Source of the DNA: a virus
Taxonomy: Duplodnaviria > Caudoviricetes
IMG/VR virus record: IMGVR_UViG_3300027763_000059
Coordinates: 115 to 64,114 of that record
Length of the DNA: 64,000 nt
Reading direction: 5' to 3' (one strand)
The notes under the pieces: model-generated
Told to the model about the DNA's origin: nothing
Database searches by the model: none
Seen by the model: only the letters and a program-made list of their open reading frames with translations
Program-made: the position numbers and the translations under genes
Shown here: one piece after another, positions 7,640 to 18,237 of the stretch
Layout of the letters: every line of letters begins with the position of its first letter
How positions within the stretch are numbered: the first letter of the stretch is position 1

Positions 7640-10600
7640 ACTATACCGAGTTGTAGAGAACCACGTTCCCTCCAAGGTAATGAGTCGCAAGAATGGCGGT
7701 AGGACTTGGGTATACGGGTATAACTCTGACTACGACATGGTTGTCATATCTAAGACAGGACAGGTTGGACAGGTTATAAATATCTCAGGACTAAACATTG
7801 GTTTGCCAATTGCACCAAAGGAGTGCATTAAGAGAGGAACGACATCACCCGATCAGTATTGGGAGAGAACAGACCTACCAAAGGAACTAAGCAGGATACA
7901 GTCTATATTCCATTGGAATGATATGCCGTCTGAGTTTAAGAACAGGTGGGTAGACTACATTGAGAGAGAGTTTGATTACAGGGACCAAGGTTGTTGGTTC
8001 ATGAATAAAGGAGTCCCAACATACATTACAGGATCGCACTATATGTACCTTCAATGGTCTAGTATTGATGTTGGGTACCCCGATTACCGAGAGGCAAATA
8101 GAATATTCTTTATATATTGGGAGGCCTGTAGAGCAGACAACAGAAGCTTTGGGATGGTCTACTTAAAGATTAGACGTTCCGGGTTCTCCTATATGTCATC
8201 ATCTGAGTGTGTCAACATAGGAACACTTGCAAAAGATGCAAGGGTTGGTATCCTATCCAAGACAGGATCGGATGCTAAGAAGATGTTTACAGATAAGGTA
8301 GTTCCAATCAATAGCAGACTTCCTTTCTTTTTCAAGCCAATCATGGACGGTATGGACAAGCCTAAGACAGAGCTTGCGTACCGTATCCCGGCATCAAAGA
8401 TTACAAAGAAGAATATGCACGAGCTTGATGACAACGAGATTCAAGGATTGGATACAACAATAGATTGGAAGAATACAGAAGAGAACTCATACGATGGTGA
8501 GAAACTATTGTTCTTGGCACATGACGAATGTTATGCTCCAAATACAAAAATATTAATGAGTGACTTTACTTTTAGAGAGATAAAAGATATTAATATTGGA
8601 GATAAGGTAATTGTTGAGGGAGGAATTGTGAAAACAGTTATGAAAAAAACAAATGGAATAGCTGATAGGTATATAGTTAAACAGCCTTATGGAGAAGATT
8701 ATATAGTTACTAAAAACCATAGACTTGTATTTAATGAGTACAATAAAGGTGAGGTTATAATGAATCCTAAAGAGTATATTAATAGTTCTAAATTCAGAAA
8801 AAAACATTTAACAAGAATTACTTCAAAAGGAATTGAATCATCAGATAAGTTTGATGGTATACCTCCTTATTTATTAGGCCTATGGCTTGGTGATGGAAGA
8901 CAAAGTTCATTAACAATATTAGTTAATAAATATGAAGAACCTGAGATATTACAATATTTAGGAAGGTTTGCAGATATTTATAATATTCCATTTAAATTAA
9001 TAAAAAGTACTTCAGATAAAATTATTGAGTTTAGATTTGAAGGAATTAATTCTGAACTAAGAAAATTAAATGTATATAACAACAAGCATATACCAATGCA
9101 GTATATGCAGTCATCTATTGAAACAAGACTTCAGTTATTAGCGGGTTTAATAGAATCTGATGGTTATTCAGATAAGAAAAAAAACATCATATCTATAGGC
9201 ATGAGTAGAAAAAATCTTATTGAGCAGATTAGATTTTTAGCATTATCTTGTGGATTAAGTTGTAGTAACGTTCAAGAACAAAATACAAATTTTAATACTA
9301 AGTCATATAGAATAAGTATTTCAGGAGAATTATCAAGAATACCTTTGATTACTGAAAAGAAATCATTTGAAGGATATAAACCTATTAGCAGAGGTAGAAG
9401 AAATAAAGTGTCTGTAGAATATTTTGATAAAGGCGAATACGTAGGTATACAGGTAGATGGAGAAAATGATGATGAAAGAAAATTAATACTTGGCGACTTT
9501 ACTATTAGTATGAATAGTGCTAAATGGGTAAAGCCGAATAACATCCTAAACAATTGGCGTGTAACTAAGACGTGTCTACGTTTGGGTTCAAAGATTATTG
9601 GTAAGTGTATGATGGGGTCTACATCAAATGCGTTAAGCAAGGGTGGAGACAACTACAAGAAACTTTACGAGGACTCTCGCGTGACTACACGTAATGCCAA
9701 TGGTCAGACCAAGTCAGGACTATACGCATTGTTCATTCCTATGGAGTGGAACATGGAGGGGTTCATTGACAGGTACGGTATGCCTGTATTACGCAGACCA
9801 CTAGATAAGATAAAGGGTGTAGACAATCAGTGGATAACTAACGGTGCTATTGACTATTGGGAGGCAGAGGTTGACTCGTTAAAGAACGATCCGGATGCAC
9901 TTAATGAGTTTTACCGTCAGTTCCCGCGCACAGAGTCACACGCTTTTAGGGATGAGAGTAAGTCATCACTATTTAACTTGACAAAGATATACCAACAGGT
10001 AGACTACAACGATACATTAATTGAACAGCATTACTTGACACGAGGCTCGTTTCATTGGAGAGATGGTATTAGGGATACAAAGGTTGTATGGACACCTGAC
10101 CCTAAGGGTAGGTTCTTAGTTAGTTGGCTGCCTGCTCAAAGGTTACAGAACAGAGTAACCGATAGGAGTGGGATAAGGTACCCTGCTAACGAGCACCTAG
10201 GGTCATTTGGATGTGACTCCTACGATATCTCAGCTGTAGTAGATGGGCGTGGATCAAACGGTGCGTTACATGGACTGACTAAGTTCCACATGGACGATGC
10301 TCCAACAAATGAGTTCTTCTTGGAGTACATAGCTAGGCCACAGACCGCAGAGATATTCTTTGAGGAGGTACTGATGGCGTGTGTGTTCTATGGTATGCCA
10401 ATCTTAATTGAGAACAATAAGCCAAGGCTATTATATCACTTTAAGAATAGAGGCTACAGAGGATTTTGTTTAAGCAGACCCGACAAGCACTCATCTAAGC
10501 TCTCTAGGACAGAGAAAGAGCTTGGTGGTATACCTAACTCATCTGAGGACGTTAGACAGTCTCACGCGTCAGCTATTGAGGGATACATAGAGAAGTACGT

Positions 10601-10850
10601 TGGTTACGATTCTACAGGAGAGTACAGAGATTCAGATCAGATTGGTAGTATGCCATTTAACAAGACGCTAAACGATTGGGCAAAATTTAACTACGATGAC
10701 CGTACTAAGTTTGATGCCTCGATTAGTTCAGGGTTGGCTATTATGGCCAATCAGAAGCACTTATATGTGCCGGAGAAAAAAGAATCAAAAATAAGCATTA
10801 AATTTGCAAGATATAGTAATAAGGGACACAACAGTGAATTGATTCAATAA
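7521..10850 (+). CDS. terL: Terminase large subunit with intein (true start uncertain: 7581 ATG or 7614 TTG)
   Basis: Walker A LKIRRSGFS, Walker B FLAHDE, motif III MGSTSN, RNase H-like GCDSYD and C-terminal KFDASIS. Confidence 0.92.
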   Translation: MHSRYLAVSRWRERTLRSWSMVLQRQIQNKGLQNVEQENRLYRVVENHVPSKVMSRKNGGRTWVYGYNSDYDMVVISKTGQVGQVINISGLNIGLPIAPKECIKRGTTSPDQYWERTDLPKELSRIQSIFHWNDMPSEFKNRWVDYIEREFDYRDQGCWFMNKGVPTYITGSHYMYLQWSSIDVGYPDYREANRIFFIYWEACRADNRSFGMVYLKIRRSGFSYMSSSECVNIGTLAKDARVGILSKTGSDAKKMFTDKVVPINSRLPFFFKPIMDGMDKPKTELAYRIPASKITKKNMHELDDNEIQGLDTTIDWKNTEENSYDGEKLLFLAHDECYAPNTKILMSDFTFREIKDINIGDKVIVEGGIVKTVMKKTNGIADRYIVKQPYGEDYIVTKNHRLVFNEYNKGEVIMNPKEYINSSKFRKKHLTRITSKGIESSDKFDGIPPYLLGLWLGDGRQSSLTILVNKYEEPEILQYLGRFADIYNIPFKLIKSTSDKIIEFRFEGINSELRKLNVYNNKHIPMQYMQSSIETRLQLLAGLIESDGYSDKKKNIISIGMSRKNLIEQIRFLALSCGLSCSNVQEQNTNFNTKSYRISISGELSRIPLITEKKSFEGYKPISRGRRNKVSVEYFDKGEYVGIQVDGENDDERKLILGDFTISMNSAKWVKPNNILNNWRVTKTCLRLGSKIIGKCMMGSTSNALSKGGDNYKKLYEDSRVTTRNANGQTKSGLYALFIPMEWNMEGFIDRYGMPVLRRPLDKIKGVDNQWITNGAIDYWEAEVDSLKNDPDALNEFYRQFPRTESHAFRDESKSSLFNLTKIYQQVDYNDTLIEQHYLTRGSFHWRDGIRDTKVVWTPDPKGRFLVSWLPAQRLQNRVTDRSGIRYPANEHLGSFGCDSYDISAVVDGRGSNGALHGLTKFHMDDAPTNEFFLEYIARPQTAEIFFEEVLMACVFYGMPILIENNKPRLLYHFKNRGYRGFCLSRPDKHSSKLSRTEKELGGIPNSSEDVRQSHASAIEGYIEKYVGYDSTGEYRDSDQIGSMPFNKTLNDWAKFNYDDRTKFDASISSGLAIMANQKHLYVPEKKESKISIKFARYSNKGHNSELIQ
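8529..9515 (+). mobile_element. Intein (329 aa) with LAGLIDADG homing endonuclease in TerL
   Basis: Starts CYAPNTKILMSD, block B VTKNHRL, LAGLIDADG motifs LLGLWLGDG and LLAGLIESDG, ends ISMN before Ser+1; sharply AT-rich. Confidence 0.93.
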
Positions 10851-11518
10851 TGGCATATTTATACAGACACATACGACTTGATAAAAATGAGCCATTCTAT
10901 ATTGGTATAGGTAGCGATGATAAATATCAAAGAGCTAACTCTAAAACCCATAGAAATAATCATTGGCTGTCCATTGTAGATAAAACTGATTATAGAGTTG
11001 AAATACTTATTGATGATATCAGTTATGACTATGCAAAAGAAAAAGAAATAGAATTTATAGATATCTATAAAAGAACGGAAGATAAAGGTACTCTTTGTAA
11101 TATAACAAAAGGTGGAGATGGTGTTTTAGGTCTAAAGCATACTGAAGAAGCTAGAAGAAAAATGGGGGAACCCAATAAGAATAAGGTAATATCAGAGTGT
11201 CATAGGAAAATAATATCTGAGTTTCATAAAGGTAAAAAACATTCTGAAGAGACTAAACTTAAAATGTCACAAAAAGCATTAGGTGAAAATAACCATATGT
11301 ATGGTAAAAACGTATCTGAAGAGACAAAACAAAAAATGATATCTTCAGCAAAAAGAGGTGAAGATAATTTTTCTTCTAAACTAAAAACTGAAGATGTATT
11401 AGATATTAGAAGATTAAGTAATGAAGGGATGAGTCAAAGAAAATTAGCTAAGCAATTTGATATTGCAAAAAGTAGTATAGCTTGTATTATTAAAAGAATA
11501 ACTTGGAAGCATATATAA
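10850..11518 (+). CDS. GIY-YIG-variant homing endonuclease with NUMOD3 repeats and C-terminal HTH
   Basis: YLYRH...FYIGIG, NITKGGDG, HTEEARRKM/HSEETKLKMS repeats, SQRKLAKQF HTH; AT-rich insert between terL and portal. Confidence 0.85.
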   Translation: MAYLYRHIRLDKNEPFYIGIGSDDKYQRANSKTHRNNHWLSIVDKTDYRVEILIDDISYDYAKEKEIEFIDIYKRTEDKGTLCNITKGGDGVLGLKHTEEARRKMGEPNKNKVISECHRKIISEFHKGKKHSEETKLKMSQKALGENNHMYGKNVSEETKQKMISSAKRGEDNFSSKLKTEDVLDIRRLSNEGMSQRKLAKQFDIAKSSIACIIKRITWKHI

Positions 11519-11519
11519 A

Positions 11520-13958
11520 ATGAAAGAAATAGAAATAAACATATCTCAAACTGCTTTTCCTAGTCAATTTGTCCCGGATTCAGTCAAAGAAACATTTGAA
11601 TTTGGATTGCAAATAGGAAATTCCATACAGTGGGAATGGTTCCGCAAAGACGGAAATCAACAATGTAGATACTACGGTCAGTGGAGAGACTACCATAGAC
11701 TAAGGCTATACGCACGAGGAGAGCAGTCAGTTGCAAAGTACAAGAACGAGCTAGCTATTGACGGTGACTTGTCTTATCTTAATTTAGATTGGACTCCCGT
11801 ACCTGTGCTACCTAAGTTTGTAGATATCGTTGTAAACGGTATGTCCGATCGTTTGTTTAAGGTAAAGGCGTATGCACAAGATGCAATGTCTCAGGCTAAG
11901 AGAAGCAAGTACCAAGATCTAATTGAAGGTCAGATGGTTGCAAAGCCTGTGCTTGAGAAGATTCAACAGAAGACAGGTGTAGACCCGTTCATGATGGACC
12001 CGGCTCAACTTCCACAAACTGATGAGGAGCTATCATTGTATATGCAACTTAACTATAAGCCTGCAATTGAGATTGCAGAGGAAGAGGCTATCAATACAAT
12101 CCTTGACGAGAACCATTACATGGATCTTCGCAAGAGATGTGACTACGACATTACAGTGCTTGGTATTGGTGTAATGAAGCATCAGTTCCTTGCAGGGGCA
12201 GGTGTTCAATTAGACTACGTTGACCCGGCAAATATTGTATACAGCTACACCGAGGACCCATACTTTAAAGATTGTTTCTATTGGGGAGAGATTAAGACAA
12301 TTCCAATTACAGAGATATTAAAGATTGACCCTACGATAACTAACGATCAGTTACAAGAGATCTCTCAGTACAGTCAATCATGGTACAATTACTTTAACGT
12401 AGCTCAGTACTATGAGAACAGTATGTTCTACAGAGACACGTGTACGCTACTATACTTTAACTACAAGACCACTAAGAAGATTGTCTACAAGAAGAAGATC
12501 CTTAAGAATGGTGGTACTCGAATGATTCAAAAGGATGATACCTTCAACCCGCCTGTAGAGATGATGGAAGAAGAGAAATTCGAGAAAGTAGAGAAAACAA
12601 TTGACGTTTGGTACGATGGTGTTATGGTCATGGGTACCAACATCATGCTTAGATGGGAGATGTCCAAGAACATGGTACGTCCTAAGTCATCAAGTCAACA
12701 CGCATTACCAAACTACATCGCGTGTGCACCACGTATGTACAAGGGAGTAGTTGAGTCATTGGTTCGTAGAATGATTCCATTCGCTGACTTGATTCAGATT
12801 ACACACTTAAAGCTACAACAAGTTATTGCAAGAACAGTTCCTGACGGGGTGTTCATCGATGCAGATGGATTGAATGAGGTAGACTTGGGTACGGGTGCAG
12901 CTTACAACCCTGAGGATGCGTTAAGACTATACTTCCAAACGGGTAGTGTAATCGGACGTAGCTACACGCAGGACGGTGAGTTTAACAACGCACGTATTCC
13001 AATCCAACAGCTTACATCTAACTCAGGTGCAAGCAAGACACAGATGTTGATTGCTAACTACAATCACTACATGGGTATGATACGTGACGTTACAGGACTT
13101 AACGAGGCTCGTGATGGGTCTATGCCTGATCCGGACTCATTGGTTGGCTTACAGAAGCTTGCTGCGCTTAACTCGAATACAGCTACACGTCACATCTTAG
13201 ACAGTAGCCTATACATATTTAGATCATTAGCTGAGGCTCTTACATATAGAGTTGCTGATATCTTAGAGTACGCAGACTTCAAAGACGACTTTGCTAATAA
13301 GATTGGTAAGTACAACGTGTCGTTACTAAACGACATCAAGGACCTATACATATACGACTTTGGTATCTTTATTGATATCTCTCCGGATGAAGAGCAAAAA
13401 GCTCAGCTTGAGGCTAACATTCAGATGGCACTTTCTAAAGGTGACATCAACCTTGAGGATGCAATTGACATCCGTGAGATTAGAAACCTTAAGCTTGCAA
13501 ACCAATTGCTTAAACTTAAGAGAACTAAAAAGCAGGAGAGAGAAGAGAAGATGGCTATGCAACAGCAAGCTATCACAGCTCAACAACAACTTCAGTCTCA
13601 ACAGATGGCAGCTCAGACAGCTATGCAAGGTATCCAAGCAGAGACTCAGTCTAAGATTGCAATCAAGCAAGCAGAGGTTGCATTCGACATTCAGAAGATG
13701 GAGAAGGAAGCTGAGTACAAGAAGATGCTAATGGCTGAGGAGTTTAACTACACTATGCAGGTACAGGGTATGACACAGAGTCAACTTGACAAGCGTGAGA
13801 AGGAGAAGGAAGACTCAAAAGCTAAAAGAATTAGCCAACAAAGCGAAGAGCAATCTAAGCTAATTCATCAACGTAAGAACAATTTACCGCCTCAAACATT
13901 CGAGTCAAACGAGGATTCACTTGATGGCTTTGACATGGCGGAGTTCGAGCCGAGATAA
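11520..13958 (+). CDS. Portal protein
   Basis: 812 aa after TerL, PKFVDIVVNG and RDVTGLNEARDG motifs, Q-rich coiled-coil barrel at the C-terminus. Confidence 0.85.
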   Translation: MKEIEINISQTAFPSQFVPDSVKETFEFGLQIGNSIQWEWFRKDGNQQCRYYGQWRDYHRLRLYARGEQSVAKYKNELAIDGDLSYLNLDWTPVPVLPKFVDIVVNGMSDRLFKVKAYAQDAMSQAKRSKYQDLIEGQMVAKPVLEKIQQKTGVDPFMMDPAQLPQTDEELSLYMQLNYKPAIEIAEEEAINTILDENHYMDLRKRCDYDITVLGIGVMKHQFLAGAGVQLDYVDPANIVYSYTEDPYFKDCFYWGEIKTIPITEILKIDPTITNDQLQEISQYSQSWYNYFNVAQYYENSMFYRDTCTLLYFNYKTTKKIVYKKKILKNGGTRMIQKDDTFNPPVEMMEEEKFEKVEKTIDVWYDGVMVMGTNIMLRWEMSKNMVRPKSSSQHALPNYIACAPRMYKGVVESLVRRMIPFADLIQITHLKLQQVIARTVPDGVFIDADGLNEVDLGTGAAYNPEDALRLYFQTGSVIGRSYTQDGEFNNARIPIQQLTSNSGASKTQMLIANYNHYMGMIRDVTGLNEARDGSMPDPDSLVGLQKLAALNSNTATRHILDSSLYIFRSLAEALTYRVADILEYADFKDDFANKIGKYNVSLLNDIKDLYIYDFGIFIDISPDEEQKAQLEANIQMALSKGDINLEDAIDIREIRNLKLANQLLKLKRTKKQEREEKMAMQQQAITAQQQLQSQQMAAQTAMQGIQAETQSKIAIKQAEVAFDIQKMEKEAEYKKMLMAEEFNYTMQVQGMTQSQLDKREKEKEDSKAKRISQQSEEQSKLIHQRKNNLPPQTFESNEDSLDGFDMAEFEPR

Positions 13959-13975
13959 AATACAAAAAAAATGTA

Positions 13976-13983
13976 TAAATTTG
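13976..13983 (+). promoter_or_regulatory. Bacteroidota -7 promoter element
   Basis: TAAATTTG upstream of the scaffold-capsid genes. Confidence 0.65.
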
Positions 13984-14002
13984 TAAACTTAAATATAATC
14001 TA

Positions 14003-15112
14003 ATGGAAATTAAAGTAAAAGAAGTAGGGTTCACTGATTCAAAGAGTGTACAAGAAAGAGAGCGAGAACTTCATGAGCAACATGAACAAATGCTTAACGG
14101 GGAATTAGAGATTAACAACGAGCCGGTTATTAACGCAGGCGACATGGCAATCGACAACGAGCCAATTGTAATTGATGAGGATGAACTTTCGGAAGAAAAA
14201 GTTCTTTCATATTTGGGAAAAAGATACGGCAAAGAAATCAATTCATTTGATGATTTAGTTCAAGAGAGAACTGAGTCTGAAGATATGGATGAGGAGGTTG
14301 CTACGTATTTAAAATATAAGAAGGAGACAGGTAGAGGATTCGATGACTTTAAACAGTTAAGTAAAGACTACGACACCATGGACCCTGATCAACTTCTTAG
14401 AGCTTACCTATCTGCTACGCAGGAAGGTCTTGACTCTGACGATATTGATGTTCTTATGGATGAGTATTCATTCGATGAGGACTTTGATGATGAATCAGAC
14501 GTTAAGAAAATTAAGCTCAAAATGAAAAAGTCTGTAAATGAGGCGAAGAAATTCTTCAATCAACAGAAGGAAAAATATAGAGTGCCGCTTGAGTCAAGCA
14601 GGTCTTCTATTCCGGAAGCTGATAAAGAAGAGTATGAGTCTTATAAACAGTATATACAATCAGCTAAGAATCAAGAGGAGGAAAGCGCGCGTAAGAGTAA
14701 GTGGTTCGAACAAAAGACAGATGAAGTCTTTGGTGGAGAGTTCAAAGGTTTTGAGTTCAACGTCGGAGAGAAAAATATTTCATTTGCACCGGGAGATGCC
14801 GCTGAACTAAAAAAGTTACAATCAAATCCATACAGCTTCATTACGAAGTATTTGGATGAGGATGGAATGATGAAGGACGCAGCAGGATACCATAGATCAT
14901 TAGCGATGGCATTGAACCCTGAGAAGTTTGCCAAGTTCTTTTATGAGCAAGGCCAATCAGATGCTACAGATGACGGGATGCGTAAGATAAAAAACATTAA
15001 TATGTCTGAGCGTCAAGCACCTGTAAACATGAACAAGGGGGAGATGAAAGTAAAGGCTGTTAATCCTGACTCCGGAAGAGGACTCAAGATTCGCAGTATT
15101 AAAAATGTTTAA
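14003..15112 (+). CDS. Capsid scaffolding protein
   Basis: Highly acidic helical protein between portal and capsid. Confidence 0.7.
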   Translation: MEIKVKEVGFTDSKSVQERERELHEQHEQMLNGELEINNEPVINAGDMAIDNEPIVIDEDELSEEKVLSYLGKRYGKEINSFDDLVQERTESEDMDEEVATYLKYKKETGRGFDDFKQLSKDYDTMDPDQLLRAYLSATQEGLDSDDIDVLMDEYSFDEDFDDESDVKKIKLKMKKSVNEAKKFFNQQKEKYRVPLESSRSSIPEADKEEYESYKQYIQSAKNQEEESARKSKWFEQKTDEVFGGEFKGFEFNVGEKNISFAPGDAAELKKLQSNPYSFITKYLDEDGMMKDAAGYHRSLAMALNPEKFAKFFYEQGQSDATDDGMRKIKNINMSERQAPVNMNKGEMKVKAVNPDSGRGLKIRSIKNV

Positions 15113-15130
15113 CTTTAAAAATTAGAAAAA

Positions 15131-16576
15131 ATGCCAACACAATTAAACTCGATACCAACTTATGCGTTGCAGCCGAATGCTCAACAAGTTGCGTTATCAA
15201 CAAATTACATTACTAACTTCGATTTCTTGAATCAGTATCTTCCTGATACATACGAGAAAGAATTCGAGCGTTACGGAAACCGCACAGTTGCGTCTTTCTT
15301 ACGTATGGTAGGAGCTGAGATGCCTTCTAACTCTGACATGATCAAATGGGCAGAACAAGGTCGTCTTCACACTAAGTACATCAACTGTGACTCAAATGCA
15401 AATGTAGCAGCAAATACAGCTACAATTACTGTAAATGATGTTCTTATCCCATCAGGATCAGGTAAGCCAATCGCTATCCGTCCGGGACAAACTGTATCTA
15501 TCTCTGCTAACGTAGGTGGTGCTTCTAACAAAGCAATCGTTACTGCAGTTGATACAACTTTAGGTACATTCGATGTAGCTTACTACGAAGCAGCAGGTCA
15601 AGCATTTGCTAACGCTGACGTAATCACTGTATGGATCTACGGTTCTGAGTTCCGTAAAGGAACAAACGGAATGGTTGGTTCATTAGAAGCTGACGATATC
15701 TTCTTCGAAAACTCTCCAATCATCATCAAAGACAAGTACTCAGTATCAGGTTCTGATATGGCACAAATCGGATGGGTTGAGATCGAAACAGAGAACGGAG
15801 CATCAGGATACCTTTGGTACTTGAAATCAGAGCACGAAACTCGTTTACGTTTTGAAGACTATTTAGAGACAGCTATGATTGAAGCAGTTCCTGCTGAATC
15901 AGGTTCAGGTGCAGCTACACAAACAGCAAATGCTCAAGTTGGAGACAAAGGTTCTGAAGGAGTATTCTACGTAGTAAACAACCGCGGAAACGTATGGGGT
16001 GGTGGTAACCCAACTTCAATCGCTGAGTTTGATACAATCATCTCTCGTTTGGACAAACAAGGTTCTATCGAAGAGAACGCGTTGTTCTTGAATCGTGATT
16101 TCAGCTTGGATATCGACGATATGTTGGCTGCACAAAACTCTTACGGAGCAGGTGGTACATCTTACGGTTTGTTTGATAACGATAAAGACATGGCGTTGAA
16201 CTTAGGGTTCACAGGATTCCGTCGTGGTTCTTACGATTTCTACAAAACAGATTGGAAATACTTGAACGATCCAACAATGCGTGGTGGTCTTTCTACAGGA
16301 GCTAACGCTACAGGTACAGTAACAGGTTTATTGGTTCCTGCAGGTTCAACAACTGTATACGATCAAATCATGGGTCAAAACGCGAAACGTCCGTTCTTAC
16401 ACGTTCGTTACCGTACAGTTAACGCTGAAGACCGTCGTTACAAAACTTGGATTACAGGTTCTGCCGGTGGTGCACAAACAAGTGACTTAGATGCTATGGA
16501 GGTAAACTTCTTGTCTGAGCGTTGTGTATGTACACTTGGAGCGAATAACTTCGTATTGTTCCGTTACGGAGCATAA
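15131..16576 (+). CDS. Major capsid protein
   Basis: 481 aa, strongly biased high-expression codon usage, position after the scaffold, followed by a terminator. Confidence 0.85.
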   Translation: MPTQLNSIPTYALQPNAQQVALSTNYITNFDFLNQYLPDTYEKEFERYGNRTVASFLRMVGAEMPSNSDMIKWAEQGRLHTKYINCDSNANVAANTATITVNDVLIPSGSGKPIAIRPGQTVSISANVGGASNKAIVTAVDTTLGTFDVAYYEAAGQAFANADVITVWIYGSEFRKGTNGMVGSLEADDIFFENSPIIIKDKYSVSGSDMAQIGWVEIETENGASGYLWYLKSEHETRLRFEDYLETAMIEAVPAESGSGAATQTANAQVGDKGSEGVFYVVNNRGNVWGGGNPTSIAEFDTIISRLDKQGSIEENALFLNRDFSLDIDDMLAAQNSYGAGGTSYGLFDNDKDMALNLGFTGFRRGSYDFYKTDWKYLNDPTMRGGLSTGANATGTVTGLLVPAGSTTVYDQIMGQNAKRPFLHVRYRTVNAEDRRYKTWITGSAGGAQTSDLDAMEVNFLSERCVCTLGANNFVLFRYGA

Positions 16577-16584
16577 TAGAAACA

Positions 16585-16624
16585 GAATGGGTGTGTCTTC
16601 AAAGACACACCCTTCTTTTTATTT
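16585..16624 (+). terminator. Intrinsic terminator after the capsid gene
   Basis: GGGTGTGTCTT-CA-AAGACACACCC hairpin followed by a T-rich tract. Confidence 0.8.
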
Positions 16625-16642
16625 TAATTTAAATTATATCTA

Positions 16643-17404
16643 ATGAAAATACAAGCAAACAAACCTGCATTAGCAGACAAGGTGTACAAGTTGAGAAACG
16701 ATGCTGCACCACTTTCTTTTACATTACCATCAAGAAGTAGCAAACGATTTCCGTTACTTTGGTTTGATGAGGAAAACAATGTAAACAGACCATTGCGATA
16801 CGCAATCAATCAAAGGTCCCCATTCGAGGACGAACAAGACGGTAATGCAATTGTAGATCCAATCATTTTTGAAGATGGATTTTTGCACGTACCAAGAACA
16901 AACCCTAACTTACAACAGTTTCTTCACTATCATCCATTAAATGGATCATCATTTGTTGAGGTCAACAATGAGAGAGATGCAGAGCAAGAAGTTGAATGGT
17001 TATCTGTTGAAGCAGATGCGCTTATCAAAGCACGTGAGCTTTCATTAGAAGAGATTGAGTTGATGACACGAGTATTATTTAACCGTGACCCATCTCGATA
17101 CACAACTGCAGAGTTGAGACGCGACATCTTGGTATACGCTAAGAGAGACCCACGTGGATTCTTAAATGTTATGGACGACTCATCTTTACGAGATAAGTCC
17201 CACGTTAGATCATTCTTTGAGGCTAAGCTATTAACTTTTAGAAATAGCAACAAAGAGATTTGGTTTAATACACCATCAAACAAAAAGAAGATGGTAGTCA
17301 TTCCTTACGGAGAAGACCCTTACGAGGTAGCTATTCAATTCCTTCACAGTGACGAAGGTATTGAGTCATTAAAGATGCTTGAGAGCAATATGGAGCTACT
17401 TTAG
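16643..17404 (+). CDS. Conserved hypothetical protein downstream of the capsid gene
   Basis: 253-aa ORF with good coding signal. Confidence 0.75.
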   Translation: MKIQANKPALADKVYKLRNDAAPLSFTLPSRSSKRFPLLWFDEENNVNRPLRYAINQRSPFEDEQDGNAIVDPIIFEDGFLHVPRTNPNLQQFLHYHPLNGSSFVEVNNERDAEQEVEWLSVEADALIKARELSLEEIELMTRVLFNRDPSRYTTAELRRDILVYAKRDPRGFLNVMDDSSLRDKSHVRSFFEAKLLTFRNSNKEIWFNTPSNKKKMVVIPYGEDPYEVAIQFLHSDEGIESLKMLESNMELL

Positions 17405-17425
17405 TAATAATATATATAGAGAGGA

Positions 17426-17464
17426 GAAGGGGGGTTTAGGCTTCCCTTTTTTTATTTATCTTTG
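17426..17464 (+). terminator. Terminator hairpin followed by a TATCTTTG promoter (17457-17464)
   Basis: GAAGGGGGG-TTTAGG-CTTCCCTTT plus T-tract, then TAnnTTTG. Confidence 0.65.
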
Positions 17465-17478
17465 TAAAAAGAATTATA

Positions 17479-18231
17479 ATGATAAATTCGGTTAGAAACA
17501 CAGTACTATCTATACTAAACAAAAATAACTACGGTTATATCTCACCATCAGACTTCAACTTACTTGCGATACAAGCACAGATGGAGATATTTGAGGAGTA
17601 CTTTAGTAGTTATAATAAAGTAATTAACTCAGAGAATGGTCGTGTATCAGGAACAGACTATGCTAATATTGAGAAGAACATCTCAGAGGTATTAGAGTCT
17701 TTCTTAGTAAATGACTTCTTGTCTCAGGTATCACCCTTAACTAATGAGTACTACGTACCATCGTTAACAACTACAGGTTATAGTCCATACATGATAAGCA
17801 AGATTACTTGCTATGATCCAAATACTTCATTAAGATTAAAAGATGCTGAGAAGGTAAACAACGGAAGAATCAATCTTTTGTTGGACTCTATATTAACAGC
17901 TCCAAGCTTGCAGTACCCTGCGTATATCATTGAGGGAGAAAAGATTACAGTTTATCCTGACGTAATCAATGGGGTTAACTCATTGAAGTGTTCTTACTTT
18001 AGAACTCCGTTAGCTCCTAAGTGGACGTACATCAACTTACTAAACGGTGAGCCGGCATTTGATCAAACACAGCCTGACTATCAGGACTTCGAGTTACCGA
18101 TAGAGGATGAGTACAAGTTAGTTACAAAGATGCTTGAGTACTGTGGTATTGTTATCCGTGAGTCTGAGGTGTCTCAGTTCGGAACACAGCAGCAACAACA
18201 CGAGGAACCAACATTCAGTCAACAACAATAA
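17479..18231 (+). CDS. Tail ring / adaptor protein
   Basis: LNKNNYGYISP..FN N-terminus and Y.R.P..PKW..DFEL motif; position in the tail module. Confidence 0.65.
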   Translation: MINSVRNTVLSILNKNNYGYISPSDFNLLAIQAQMEIFEEYFSSYNKVINSENGRVSGTDYANIEKNISEVLESFLVNDFLSQVSPLTNEYYVPSLTTTGYSPYMISKITCYDPNTSLRLKDAEKVNNGRINLLLDSILTAPSLQYPAYIIEGEKITVYPDVINGVNSLKCSYFRTPLAPKWTYINLLNGEPAFDQTQPDYQDFELPIEDEYKLVTKMLEYCGIVIRESEVSQFGTQQQQHEEPTFSQQQ

Positions 18232-18237
18232 TAAGAC

